The notes: generated by a model not told the origin, from the sequence alone. A stretch of 64,000 nt of DNA from Eledone cirrhosa (GCA_964016885.1 OZ024756.1:14694001-14758000); one strand, 5' to 3'. Shown: positions 24,860-38,400, counted from the stretch's first letter. Made by a program: numbers and translations.

Positions 24860-25890
24860 GCTTTCCGGACGTGGAGGCCATCATAAGGGCCATGACGACG
24901 GAGCTACGGAGAATCCCGAGAGGAAACCCTTCAAGGAGTGTAAGGGGCGAGCTACAGAGAATCCCGAGAGGAAACCCTTCAAGGAGTGTAAGGGGCGAGC
25001 TACGGAGAATCCCGAGAGGAAACCTTTCAAGGAGTGTAAGGGGCGAGCTACGGAGAATCCCGAGAGGAAACCTTTCAAGGAGTGTAAGGGGCGAGCTACG
25101 GAGAATCCCGAGAGGAAACCCTTCAAGGAATGTAAGGGGCGAGCTACGGAGAATCCCGAGAGGAAACCCTTCAAGGAATGTAAGGGGCGAGCTCCGGAGA
25201 ATCCCGAGAGGAAACCCTTCAAGGAATGTAAGGGGCGAGCTACGGAGAATCCCGAGAGGAAACCCTTCAAAGAGTGTAAGGGGCGAGCTACGGAGAATCC
25301 CGAGAGGAAACCCTTCAAGGAGTGTAAGGGGTGAGCTACGGAGAATCCCGAGAGGAAACCTTCAAGGAGTGTAAGGGGCGAGCTACGGAGAATCCCGAGA
25401 GGAAACCCTTCAAGGAGTGTAAGGGGCGAGCTACGGAGAATCCCGAGAGGAAACCCTTCAAGGAGTGTAAGGGGCGAGCTACGGAGAATCCCGAGAGGAA
25501 ACCCTTCAAGGAATGTAACGGGCGAGCTACGGAGAATCCCGAGAGGAAACCCTTCAAGGAGTGTAAGGGGCGAGCTACGGAGAATCCCGAGAGGAAACCC
25601 TTCAAGGAGCGTAAGGGGCGAGCTACGGAGAATCCCGAGAGGAAACCTTTCAAGGAGTGTAAGGGGCGAGCTACGGAGAATCCCGAGAGGAAACCCTTCA
25701 AGGAGTGTAAGGGGCGAGCTACGGAGAATCCCGAGAGGAAACCCTTCAAGGAGTGTAAGGAGGCGGAGAAGAATGGCAAAGTTCGTTAGACACGAGGGGG
25801 ATAATTTCGAAGAGGAAAACTTTGAATTTAGTTTGGATTTGAAATATTTATTGCGAGCTCAGTCATGTTTCTTTCCTGACACACCTCGTA
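24860..25890 (+). mobile_element. Mariner transposon 3' relic (transposase C-terminus and right TIR) interrupted by a minisatellite
   Basis: TRFPDVEAIIRAMTTELRRIP/EE.FKEC.EA/RMAKFVRHEGDNFEEEN is typical of the mariner C-terminus (RF.D.EAIK....L..IP...F..C...W..R..KC....GDYFE). The TIR-like end is cagtcatgtttctttcctgacacacctcg|TA. Confidence 0.8.
24901..25760. repeat. 48-bp minisatellite (gagctacggagaatcccgagaggaaacccttcaaggagtgtaaggggc), ~18 copies
   Basis: Period 48, near-identical units, one unit with a 1-nt deletion near 25360. Confidence 0.95.
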
Positions 25891-25968
25891 AAACAGGTTC
25901 CATCAGACTATTTACAAATCTCAAGAAGTCAGTGACTGTTCATATATTTGGGACTCCAGCACAGATTT

Positions 25969-26296
25969 ATGGCCTTTTATGTTCTGAGTTTAAATCCCGC
26001 CGAGGTTAACTTTGCCTTTCATCCTTACGGGGTCGATAAAATAAAGTACCAGTAATACACTGGGATAATTGCTGGCCTTGTGCCAAAAGTAGAAACATTT
26101 ATTTATAACTGAATTGGCAGTATTGGTAGAGGGCTAGACGCCATGCTTTGCAGCAAAGAGTTACGGCCCTTTATGGTCTGAGTTCAAATCCCGCCGAGGT
26201 TAACTTTGCCTTTCATCCTTACGGGATCGATAAAATAAAGTACCAGTAATACACTGGGATAATTGCTGGCCTTGTACCAAAAGTAGAAACAATTAT
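25969..26296 (+). mobile_element. Two tandem SINE family A copies (first is 5'-truncated)
   Basis: Family core motif at ~25985 and ~26180. Confidence 0.85.
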
Positions 26297-26881
26297 ATTT
26301 TACGTTATATTTTGACGTTTATAGGCATTCTTATGGACCATGTCCACTATTCGCGGCTTTTCACACTTCACGAGTGCTCTAGGAACGTAATCCCCGCGAA
26401 TACCGGAGGACTACTGTATTTGGCTTACCAATGGTAGTGCCCCAGTATGTAGCACCCACTTTACTATTAGGTTTTCATGCAGCAGACGTCTCTGGGTACG
26501 TTTTTTTTTTTTTAAATTCTTTCTCCCAGGGATTTAAAAAAAAAAGATTTCGCAAGATAAGATGTTGGGAATTGTGTTGGACCCAGCCAAGTCGATAATG
26601 GTAAGGTATGGTGGGTGGAGGGCGTAGAGAAACCCATTTGGAGATCTGTCAATAATGAGAAATCAAAGAAGATTGTCATGTTTTATCCCACCTCCCGTCC
26701 ACTGGGTCCTAATTCCCTGCACCCACCACACCCGAGCCTACCTTCCCATCTCCGTTGGTGGTGAAACGATGTCTGGAAACTGAGGAAATGGAGAGATGAT
26801 GGGGGAGGGTGCTGGGAGAGGGTGGTAGAAGAGAAGGGCACATGGATGTAGAAGGGAGGAGGGCTGACATGTGTGTTGGTG

Positions 26882-26920
<39 letters not shown>

Positions 26921-27554
26921 GTATGAGTGTGTTGGAGTGTGTGAGTGTCTCAGTGAGACAATGACAACGATAACGGAAAAATGATGGTGTTGGTGGTGTT
27001 GGTAGTGGTGTCACTGGTGGTGGTGGTGGTGGTAGTTGTGATGGTAGTGGTGGTGGTAGTGGAGATGGTGGCTGGCAGTGGTGGTGATAGTAGTGTCACT
27101 GGTGGTGGTGATAGTAATTGTGATGGTAGTGGTGTTGGTGGTGTTGGTGGTGATGTTGGTAGTGGTGGTTGTAGTGGTGGTTGTAGTGGTGGTGGTATCA
27201 CCCACCCCCACACACACACACACACTCCCACCACCACCACCACCACTCCCACCACCACACTCAGTCTCCCACTAAACACACACAAACTATATTACACACA
27301 CACACACACACACATACCCAGCTCTTCCCACGCCCCACCCTATCATGATATCCCCCGCCCCCACTCTACACTACCCTCGGATCTTTTGGCAGTTGACAGA
27401 AGCTGCATCTAAGGTTTCCAAGGAAACCTGTTCCTGGACCCCCAGATAAGGGAGAGATAGTGGCAGTCACAGAGAGATGAGTGAGACACACTCACACTCT
27501 CACAGCTTCACTTCATTGACCACACTCGACACCATAACACATAGCCACTCATTT

Positions 27555-28666
27555 CTCTATACATACATACAAACACATATATATACACACATATATATAT
27601 ATATACACACATATATATACAAACACACATACATATATATATATATACAAACACACATATATATATATATACATATATACATACACACATATACACGCAC
27701 ACACATATATACACACACATATATACACATGTACATACACATACACACACAAACATATACACACATACATGCACACACATATATACACACACATATATAC
27801 ACATGTACATACACATACACACACAAACATATACACACACACATGTACACACACATATACACATACAAACATATATATACACACATACATATATACAAAC
27901 ACATACATATATACATACACATATACACGCACACACACATATATACATACACACACACATACATACACACACACATATACACACACATGTACATACACAC
28001 ACATATACATACACATACATATATACACACACGCACACATACACACATATACACACACACACAAACACATATACACACATATATATATACAAACACACAC
28101 ATATTTATATATATATATACACATATACACGCACACACACATATACATACACACACACATATACATGCACACACATATACACACACACATATACACACAT
28201 ATACATACACACACATACATACACATACATATATATAAACACACAAGCACACATACATACACACACACATATACATACACACATACATATATATACACAC
28301 GCACAAACACACATAAACACATATATACGCATACACACATACACACATATACACGCACACACACATATACATACACACGCATATACACACACAAACACAC
28401 ACATACTTATATGACAACATTTAACAGAACTAGAACTGTTTCCTTGAACCCGGAACTCATATATATACATACACACACATGTGCTCATATAGATATACAT
28501 ACACACATATGCTCGTATACATATACATACACACATATATGCTCATATATATATATATATTCACACACATATATGCTCATATATATATATACATACACAC
28601 ACATATATGCTCATATATATACATACATATATGCTCATATATATATACATACACACATACATGCTC

Positions 28667-28703
<37 letters not shown>

Positions 28704-28920
28704 TATGCTCATATATACATACACACATATATGCTCATATATATACATACATATATGCTCATTTATATATACATACACACATATATGCTCATATAGATAT
28801 ACATATAGATATACATACACATATATAGATATACATACACACATATATGCTCATATAGATATACATATAGATATACATACACATATATAGATATACACAC
28901 ACACATACACAGATATATGC
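27555..28920. repeat. (CA)/(TA) compound microsatellite, partly catatatgctcata units
   Basis: Direct reading. It is interrupted at 28412-28460 by a truncated minus-strand hammerhead-like half (ATGA...GAAAcagttctagttctgTT). Confidence 0.9.
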
Positions 28921-28925
28921 ACGTA

Positions 28926-29555
28926 CTAGCAGCAGTACCCAGCGTTGCCTGGGTAGGTAAAATAATATCTGCTTTGATGAAAAGGTGTTGATCTTAGCGA
29001 CTGCTTCTCGATGACTCATCTATGGCCACACACAGGCCATGCGGGGGAGGATGGTGATAATCTCTATCACTGAGAAACGCGGGTGACTGACGAAGGGGCA
29101 CGCTGGGGGAGGGTGTTTCGAATTTGAACGAAATCGGTTGAAAAATGTGGGAGCTAGAGCCGAAAAGGCGGAAATTTGAGTGAAAAGGTGGTATTTTCGA
29201 ATATTTAAGCGGCTGTCACGCCGTTCCTGAACAACAAATGCAAAATATAAAGCCACTACAGGATGTTCAATGATAAATTCTATTTTGCTTTAAAATTTGA
29301 ACCAAATCGGTGGCAAAATGTGGGAGCTAGAGCCAAAAATCTTATTTTTCGATACCTAAAAAAACGTGACCCACCCCCCTATCGATTTTTATCTGCAGAA
29401 TGACCCCGGAATAAAGAAACGATACGCTGATATGTAGAAAACACTCCCCGATGATTAATCTATGAGGCTGTAAAGTTTCATGAAAATCTGTCGTAAGATG
29501 TAGGCCCCTATAGGTAATACACAGACACACATACTTAATTTTATATATATACAGA
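28926..29555 (-). mobile_element. Non-autonomous Helitron-like element
   Basis: Minus strand starts TC(tgtatatatataaaatt..gtgtgtctgtg) and ends with hairpin acccaggcaacgctgggt plus CTAG|T. Confidence 0.65.
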
Positions 29556-29574
29556 TATATATACACAAACACAC

Positions 29575-30070
29575 ACACGATGGAGAAGACAGTTCATGCT
29601 CGTGATCCAAACACAAGATGGGTCCTTCGTCGGTGTCAGCGATGAGCATTCACTAATCCAAACACAGCATGGGGTTCTCCGTCGGTGTCAACGCTGAGCA
29701 TTCACGCGTCCAAACACAAGATGGAGTCCTCCGTCGGCGTCAACGATGAGCATTCACTCATTCACACACACACACGATGGGGTCCTCCGTCGGTGTCAGT
29801 CAATGATGAGCATTCACTCGCCCAAACACAAGATTGGGTCCTCCGTCAGTGTCAACGACGAGCACCCACTCATCCAAACACATGACGGGTCCTCCGTCGG
29901 CGTCAACGACGAGCATTCACTCCGCCAAACACAAGATGGGGTCCTCCGTCGGTGTCAACGATGAGCACTCACTCATCCAAACACATGACGGGTCCTCCGT
30001 CGGCGTCAACGACGAGCACTCACTCCTCCAAACACATGATGGGTTCCTCCGTCGGTGTCAACGATGGGCA
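29575..30070. repeat. ~51-52-bp minisatellite (ccaaacacaagatggggtcctccgtcggtgtcaacgatgagcattcactc), ~9-10 copies
   Basis: caacga motif recurs at ~29853, 29904, 29956, 30007 and 30059. Confidence 0.85.
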
Positions 30071-30109
30071 CTGTCATTTTTGATTAATCGCCCATCCGAC
30101 TGGTTGTAG

Positions 30110-30480
30110 ATGCAGATATAGTGTTTAGGTGGTTAAGAAGATCACATGACAACCATGAGGTCGGCAGTTCGAGTCCTCTGTGTAGGACATTGTTGACAGA
30201 ACATCGTTTCTCATAGCCTCGGGTTGACGCAAGCCTTCTGACAGTGAAATTTGGTTGGCTGAGACTGTTTGGAAGCCCGTCAGATTAGCCGTGCATCTAA
30301 TTCAAAAGATCCAACCTTGTAATTCGTGTCGCGCTTAATCTCCCCGAGAAGTACGTTAAGGGGTATCACGTGTCCTTGGAATACTCAGCCACTTCACTTA
30401 CACGTTAGTCTGGAGCCAGTCGCATATTCATTCAGTTAATGACGGAATGATCATCGTCGAAGGCGACGGAGGAGGATCCA
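30110..30480 (+). mobile_element. Diverged tRNA-derived SINE (family B-related) with long tail
   Basis: tRNA-like head ggtggttaagaag...ggcagttcgagtcc. The tail is shared in reverse with 34840-34940 and probably 3590-3715. Confidence 0.55.
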
Positions 30481-30484
30481 TCAT

Positions 30485-31275
30485 GTTGCTGTTGTTGTTG
30501 TTATTGCTATTGGTAGTGGTGGTGATGGCGTTGTGGTGGTGGTGCTGGTGGTGGTGTTGGTGGTGGTGGTGGTGTTGGTGGTGGTGGTGGTGGTGGTGGT
30601 GGTGGTGGTGGTAGTGGTGGTAGTGGTGGTGGTGGTAGTGGTGGTAGTGGTAGTGGTGGTGTTGGTGGTGGTGGTGGTGGTGTTGGTGGTGGTGGTGGTG
30701 GTGGTGTTGGTGGTGGTGGTGGTAGTGGTGGTAGTGGTAGTGGTGGTGGTGGTGGTGGTGGTGGTGTTGGTGGTGGTGGTGTTGGTGGTGGTGGTGTTGG
30801 TGGTGGTGGTGTTGTTGGTGTTGGTGGTGGTGGTGGTGGTGGTGGTATTATTGTTATTAGTGGTGTTAGTGTTATTGGTGGTGGTGGTGGTGGTGATGTT
30901 ATTGGTGGTGGTTGTGATGTTATTGGTGGTGGTGGTTGTGATGTTATTGGTGGTGGTGGTGGTGGTGATGTTATTGGTGGTGGTGGTGGTGGTGATGTTA
31001 TTGGTGGTGGTGGTGATGTTATTAGTGGTGATGTTATTGGTGTTGTTGTTAGTGTTGTTACTGTTGGTAGTGCTGATGTTAGTGTTGTTAGTGTTGTTGT
31101 TAGTGCTGTTGGTAGTGTTGTTGGTGTTGCTGTTGGTAGTGTTGCTGTTGTTAGTGTTGTTGGTAGTGTTGTTGTTTGTTATTTGTTGTTGGTTATTATT
31201 AGTGTTGTTGTTTGTTGTTATTAGTGTTGTTATTAGTATCGTTGTTGTTGTTGCTGTTGGTGGTGTTTTGTTGTT
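30485..31275. repeat. (GGT)n/(GTT)n trinucleotide repeat
   Basis: Direct reading of the sequence. Confidence 0.95.
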
Positions 31276-32307
31276 TCTAGTAAGTTCTGATTTTGGCAGT
31301 AGATGTCAACTCTGACATGATTTGAAAACGAGGCTTTAATCTCGGCCGGTGGTCGTAGTGGGGTGGGTTGGGGTGGGAAGAACTGGAGGAAGAATACAGA
31401 GCGTGTGGGGGTGGGGGTATTGAAGTATCAAGTCACAGTATAGTGGAGTGGGGTGGGGGTGAGGGGAGGGGGTTTAAAGAAAATGAGAAGGCAAATAGAG
31501 AGAGGGAGAGTGTATGAGAGGAGAAGAAAGCAAGTAGAAAGAGAGAGAGAGAGACTTACAGAAAAGTAGAGAGAGAGAGAGAGGAAGTATGAGAAGTAGA
31601 GAAAAGGGGTGTAAAGGAAAGTAGGAGGTGATAAAAAGAGAGAGAGAGAGGAGAGGGGGAAAGAGGAAAGGGGAGGGGGGAGGGAGGGGGATATGAGGGG
31701 GGGATGTGAGGGGGAGGGGGGACGAAGGAATCGAAGGATGACAAGATAAAGAAAGAAAGGATACTTAGATTGGCAGAAACGGGGAGAATAAAGAAAAGAT
31801 AATAGGAATGTGATGACAGGTAGAACGAGAGTATAATGGGAGGAGAGAGAGAGGGAGAAAGGAAAGGGAAGATAGAACGAGAGTATAATGGGAGGAGAGA
31901 GAGAGGGAGAAAGGAAAGGGAAGATAGGAAAACAGAAATAGAGAAAGAAGGGATGAGTTAAAGAAGATCAGGAAGAGAGAAAAGATGAAAAAAGAAAGGA
32001 AGAGAGAAAAGATGAAAGAGAAAGAAAGAAAGGTAGAGAGTAAAGATGAAAAAGAAAGAAAGGCAGGGAAAAAAGAAAGAAAGAAAGAGAAAGCAAGACA
32101 GGAAGAGAGCAAAGATGAAAAAGACTGAAATGCAGAGAGAAAAAAAGAAAAGAAGAGGGAAAGGGTGAAAATAGAAAGAAAGGAAGATTAACAGAAGGAG
32201 AGTAAGAAAAAGTAACAAAAGAAAAGAGGAAGGAAAAAAATTGGTGGAGAGAATGAAAATATTGTTTGTTTTACAGGTATTGGCTTCAGTTATTAGATAG
32301 CGGGGTT

Positions 32308-33070
32308 CGAGAAATGTAGATATTTGTAGAGAATGTGGTGTTATGTAGAGAAATGTAGAGAAATGTAGATATTTGTAGAGAATGTGGTGTTATGTAGAGA
32401 AATGTAGAGAAATGTAGATATTTGTAGAGAATGTGGTGTTATGTAGAGAAATGTAGATATTTGTAGAGAATGTGGTGTTATGTAGAGAAATGTAGATATT
32501 TGCAGAGAACTGTGGTGTTATGTAGAGAAATGTGGAATTTTGTAGAGCAATGTGGTGTTATGTAGAGAAATGTGGAATTATGTAGAGAAATGTGGGTGGA
32601 GTTATGTAGAGAAATGTGGTGTTATGTAGAGAAATGTAGATATTTGTAGAGAACTGTGGTGTTATGTAGAGAAATGTAGATATTTGTAGAGAACTGTGGT
32701 GTTATGTAGAGAAATGTGGTGTTATGTAGAGAAATGTGGAATTATGTAGAGAAATGTGGTGTTATGTAGAGAAATGTGGTGTTATGTAGAGAAATGTAGA
32801 TATTTGTAGAGAACTGTGGTGTTATGTAGAGAAATGTGGTGTTATGTAGAGAAATGTGGTGTTATGTAGAGAAATGTGGTGTTATGTAGAGAAATGTGGA
32901 ATTATGTAGAGAAATGTGGAATTATGTAGAGAAATGTGGGTGGAGTTATGTAGAGAAATGTGGAGGGGGGTGTAGAGAAATGTGGCGTGTAGAGAAATGT
33001 GTGTGTGGGTGAGGTGGGGGTGTAGAGAAATGTGGTGGTGTAGAGAAATGTGGGTTATGTAAAGAAATAT
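32308..33070. repeat. ~20-bp minisatellite (gttatgtagagaaatgtggt) with variants
   Basis: Direct reading of the sequence. Confidence 0.9.
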
Positions 33071-33160
33071 GGTGTCTATGTACATAAATGGGTGTTTCTG
33101 TAATGTAAGGTTTTGTAGAGTAATTCCCAGTTGTCTAGTTAGGGAGACATGTTTCTAGGG

Positions 33161-33345
33161 AAGGGTTTCTCAAACTTTTTCAAATGCGGAACCCTTTTTG
33201 ATTCAGAAACCTTTGGGGGATCCCCAAAGTCTAATACTGTTATATGGTCGTAATATAAATATGCTCCGCTACCTTTTTTCAGGGAACCCCAGACACTCGT
33301 TCGTGGAATCCTTGGTTTCCACAGAACCCATTTTGGGAACCACTC
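33161..33345. mobile_element. hAT/Charlie-like MITE
   Basis: Ends aagggtttctcaaactttt ... ttttgggaaccactc match Charlie-type CAGGGGTTCTCAAAC/TTTGGGAACCACTG TIRs. CTAG-containing flanks occur on both sides. Confidence 0.6.
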
Positions 33346-33482
33346 ACCTAGAGCAATTCTATATCAATTGTGGACATTTTATTCCTTAGTGTTGTAGGGT
33401 TTCCTTTATCCAATCATTTTAGATATTTGTATTAGAAACTTACCGAAATTCCCAGTACTTACCTCCGCTATTTTACTATATA

Positions 33483-33637
33483 CTAGCAGAATGGCCCGGC
33501 GTTGCTCGGGATTTGCTCTAGGGTTCTTATATATTTGATATATATTTATCCTTATCGAGCCTCGTGAAATAAATACGTTTGTTTATATTTTGTTATTGTG
33601 TATGCAAAAATATCTGTACACGAATATATAATTATAC

Positions 33638-33690
<53 letters not shown>

Positions 33691-34138
33691 TAACAGATTA
33701 AAGTTTAAGCAAAGAATCGCTGCTTTCACCCTTAACGGGATCTTCTGAGACTAAAAAAATCAATCTGTGAACGCAGAAGTAAATATTTTGAAAAACGTTA
33801 CACACTATATACACACACGCACACACACACACACACACGCACAGCGTCATAATGTAATAATGCAGACAACAGACATACAGACAGATATTACAAGGACGCA
33901 ACGTTATATCTCTGTATCTATCTAAAAAGAAAGACTAAGAATTATAGAGAGAGATCGCTAAATCGCCTAATGCGGTCCCTAGGTCATTGCAAATTTGAAT
34001 TTTTTTTTCTCATAACACTCACAGGACCATAAGTATTACATGTGTAAAATTTGAAAAAAGTCGGTTGGGTGGTTCTCGAGTTTTAAGGAGCTGACAGACA
34101 GACAGACAGACAGAAATTCTCTGCTTTAGATATATAGA
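33483..34138 (-). mobile_element. Non-autonomous Helitron-like element
   Basis: 5' TCtatatatctaaagcagagaatttctgtctgtctg; 3' hairpin cccgagcaacgccggg plus ttctgCTAG|T. Confidence 0.72.
33703..33751 (-). ncRNA. Degenerate hammerhead motif (CAGAAGA) nested in the Helitron
   Basis: Minus strand reads gtct-CAGAAGA-tccc gttaa gggt-GAAA-gca gcgattctt tgc-TT-aaac. A fold-back copy of the same family lies at 13950-14040. Confidence 0.5.
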
Positions 34139-34638
34139 TAACGACATTGTCCTATTACATATTTGCCAGGTACCGGAAATTCTTTGAGTTTATGAAGTGG
34201 GATTAATAGATATACGTTTTAAATCAGGGGAACAGTATTATTGACCAGGTCGCAAAGAGTGTGACGAAAATTTTGATATGAGGAAATAAATGATAAATGT
34301 AAAGTGAGTATAACAGATTTTTTTTTTTTAATAGTTAGAATGATTTTACAGGATGTAGTTGTGTTAACCATTTCAACAAAAATGACTTAGAAATTCATAC
34401 AATAAATAAAGCAAGAAACTACTTCTAAAACAACAACAGAAACAAGATTGTTGGAAAGATATGGGTAGAAATCAGGAGAAGGGATGTAACTTTAGAACGA
34501 CCACACACTATATTCTGAAATTTACGCTATACAGGAGAAAACTTGTTTCAACGACTTTTTTTTATAGGTTATGTTAACTTTTTTATTGTTGTACTTTGAA
34601 AGGGTCACATTGCCAATCAAAACCACACGCACCGGCAG

Positions 34639-34705
<67 letters not shown>

Positions 34706-35475
34706 GTATGTGTGTGTGTGTGTATGTGTGTGTGTGTATATATATGTGTATGTGTGTGTGTGTGTGTGTATGTGTGTGCGTGTATAGGTGTGTGTATATA
34801 GGTGTGTGTGTGTGTATGTGTGTGTGTGTCTGTGTGTTTGGTGGTCCTCTGTCGGTTCCAGTTATTTCAACAACGGAAAAGCCCACTCGTGAATGTGGCT
34901 GGGAAATCAACAGACACGTGTACTCTTAACGTAATTCTCAACAACACCACTACAAAAACATCACTACAACACCACCACTACAATACCAACACCACACGCA
35001 ACACCACAACTACAATACAACAACAACAACATCACCACAACACCAAAGCTACCAACAATACCAACACCACCAACAGCACCAGCACCTCCACCACCACCAC
35101 CACCAACACGATCACCACCACCACCACCAACACGATCAACACCACCAACAACACCACCACCAACACGATCACCACCACCACCACCAACACGATCAACACC
35201 ACCAACAACACCACCATCAACAACAACACGATCAACACCACCATCAACACCACCACCAACACCAACACCAACACGATCAACACCACCAACAACACCACCA
35301 TCAACAACAACACGATCAACACCACCATCAACACCAACAACAACACGATCAACACCACCAACAACACCAACAACAACAACACGATCAACACCAACAACAC
35401 CAACAACACCACCACCATCAACAACAACACCAGCATCAACACCAACAATACCATCAGCCTCCCCACCCACATCCC

Positions 35476-35540
35476 CGTCAGATATGCGAGTTTATATGTT
35501 TAGGTGGGTCTTTGCACATATAAGCTCGCATATCTGTCGA
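35476..35540. other. Pre-miRNA-like hairpin in a unique island
   Basis: cagatatgcgagtttatatgt / acatataagctcgcatatctg forms a 21-bp stem (one G-U) with a 16-nt loop. Confidence 0.35.
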
Positions 35541-36670
35541 GATGTCGAATAAAAGTGGGGCCCTGTCACCTTGATTGTACTCAGAGCTGATCGATATCGA
35601 AACAATTGTAATAGACAAATAAACTTTGTACATATGTTGCAACACCGTCTTCGACTCATAAATATGTGAGTGTGTGTGTGTGCGTGTGCGTGTGCGTGTG
35701 TGTGCGTGCGAGTTTGCACATACACACTCACACACATAAACATACAGACATCTTATACATCAACATATAAAATGAATCAGCGTAATAAGATGATAGACTC
35801 TCTCTCTCTCTCTCCTCCTCCTCCTCCACCTCCTCCTACGTCTCACCCGCCACCCCCTCTTACTACTCCCCTTTCAACCTCCAACTCATCTTTACTTCCT
35901 CTGCAGATTTTAAAATGGCACGTTAAGAGTTAGGGTGTGGTGTTGTGTGGTGTGGTGTAGTGTGTGTGGTGTGGTGTAGTGTGTGTGGTGTGGTGTTGTG
36001 TGGTGTGGTGTGGTGTGTGTGGTGTGGTGTTGTGTGGTGTGGTGTGGTGTAGTGTGTGTGGTGTGTGTGGTGTAGTGTGTGTGGTGTAGTGTGGTGTGGT
36101 GTGGTGTGGTGTGGTGTGGTGTGGTGTGGTGTGGTGTGGTGTGGCGTGGCGTGGCGTGGTGTGGTGTGGTGTGGCGTGGTGTGGTGTGGTGGGGTGTGTT
36201 GTGTGTTGTTGTGTGGTGTGTTGTTGTGTGGTGTGGTGTGGTGTGGTGTGGAGTGTTGTTGTGTGGTGTGTTGTTGTGTGGTGTGGTGTGGTGTGGTGTG
36301 GAGTGTTGTTGTGTGGTGTGTTGTTGTGTGGTGTTGTGTGGTCATACAGTGGTGTGGTGTTGTGTGGTATGGTCATACAGTGGTGTGGTGTAGTGTGGTG
36401 TAGTGTGGTGTGGTGTGGTGATACAGTGGTGTGGTTGTACGGTAGTGTGGTGTGGTGTAGTGTGGTGTGGTGTGGTGTGGTGTGGTCATACGGTGGTGTG
36501 GTGGGGTGTGGTGTGGTCATACGGTGGTGTGGTGTTATATACATACATACATACATATATATATATACACACATATATATACATACATGATTATACAGAC
36601 ATACCAATATAAGCTCATATATATATACACACATATATATACATATATATGTGTGTGTGTGTGTGTGTGC

Positions 36671-36720
<50 letters not shown>

Positions 36721-36980
36721 GCAGACACACACACATTCAGACGTACATTAGTGTGATGGCGTGAAGAAGGGTAGATGTGTACAAGATGCAACATAAAATG
36801 GTTGTTAGTGAGGAGGGAGAGTCAGTTGTGGGTTGTCGGGTGTGTTAGACACAGAACCTCACCCCTCATGTCAGATATATCCGGCTGATTAACAGACGTT
36901 GTATTTACTCCCCAGACGACCAACAGTTAGAACTGTAAACTATGTTATCGCATGTGTCACGCGTTTACTCACTATTAATG

Positions 36981-37015
<35 letters not shown>

Positions 37016-37384
37016 AGCAAAAATGATCATGAGAACGAGAGGGAAAGCGAGAAAGAATGCGCATGCGTATCATGCTATGGATGTAAATGAGTGAATCAAT
37101 GCATGAAGTGAATCTAAACTGTAATAAAGTAAGAAGCGCGGGACTGCGTACGGTTTATAATTTTTTTTATCCCCTTAGTAAAATAAGTTGGATTACTTTT
37201 AATAAATAATGAATGAATATTACATAATTTATGTGCTAAATTTCGTGGCTGTTCATTAAATATATTTTATTACTTATTTAAAGATTCACTTCTTTAAAAT
37301 ATTCAAATGTCAATACTTCCGGTTAGTGATCGTTTAAATAAATATTCATATATTTCTGTCACTAATTTTCTCCTAATGCAGTTT

Positions 37385-38131
37385 ATATATAATATCGTCT
37401 TTTTTTAATGTATCATGGATTACTTTACTGATTACATAAGACAGTGTAACGCAGTCTTCGTTCAATTTCTGTGTATATTGTCAATTACGATTTTATTTGA
37501 TCATATCTACATGCATATATACTTGCGTATAATATAAATATACACACTACACATGCTAGCAGATATATAATATCTTATTTTTTTAATGTATCATGGATTA
37601 CGTTACTGATTACAGAAGACAGTGTAACACAGTCTTCGTTCAATTTCTGTGTATATTGTCAATTACGATTTTATTTGATCATATCTACATGCATATATAC
37701 TTGCGTATAATATAAATATACACACTACACATGCTAGCAGATATATAATATCTTATTTTTTTAATGTATCATGGATTACGTTACTGATTACAGAAGACAG
37801 TGTAACACAGTCTTCGTTCAATTTCTGTGTATATTGTCAATTACGATTTTATTTGATCATATCTACATGCATATATACTTGCGTATAATATAAATATACA
37901 CACTACACATGCTAGCAGATATATAATATCTTATTTTTTTAATATATCATGGATTACGTTACTGATTACAGAAGACAGTGTAACACAGTCTTCGTTCAAT
38001 TTCTGTGTATATTGTCAATTACGATTTTATTTGATTTATCATATCTACATGTATATATACTTGCGTATAATATCAATATACACACTACACATGCTAGCAG
38101 AAAACCACCCGAAGGTTGGTTTTTCTGCTAG
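37385..38131 (+). repeat. 178-bp tandem repeat x4 ending in a Helitron-like 3' terminus
   Basis: atgctagcag ends at 37562, 37740, 37918 and 38100, followed by hairpin ccacccgaaggttgg and ttctgCTAG|T. Confidence 0.8.
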
Positions 38132-38224
38132 TATACATAACAAAAATTAATAAGGTTATAAATCGGAGTGTATAGAGATAGCTTCGCAGTCTCGCAACAT
38201 ATAGGCGACCGTAGGTAAGTTAAG

Positions 38225-38400
38225 TATAATCGGTAGAGGGTCGGACGCCATGCTTTCCAGCATAGTTACGTCCCTTTACGATCTTAGTTCAAATCCCGCC
38301 GAGGTTGACTTTGCCTTTCATCCTTACGGGGTCGATAAAATAAAGTAGCAGTAATGAACTGGTTAATTGCTGGCCTTGTGCCTAAAGTAGAAACAATTAA
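38225..38400 (+). mobile_element. SINE family A
   Basis: Match to the family consensus. Confidence 0.85.

Noticed and set aside
24852-25789. 160-aa and 152-aa repeat ORFs as real genes
   Set aside because: They are explained by a 48-bp minisatellite in a mariner relic, open in several frames and on both strands, and broken by a stop and a frameshift.
36855-36935. Minus-strand exon-like segment (tttacAG...GTGAG), and a + strand one at ~22906-22960
   Set aside because: Stops in all frames and no other support.
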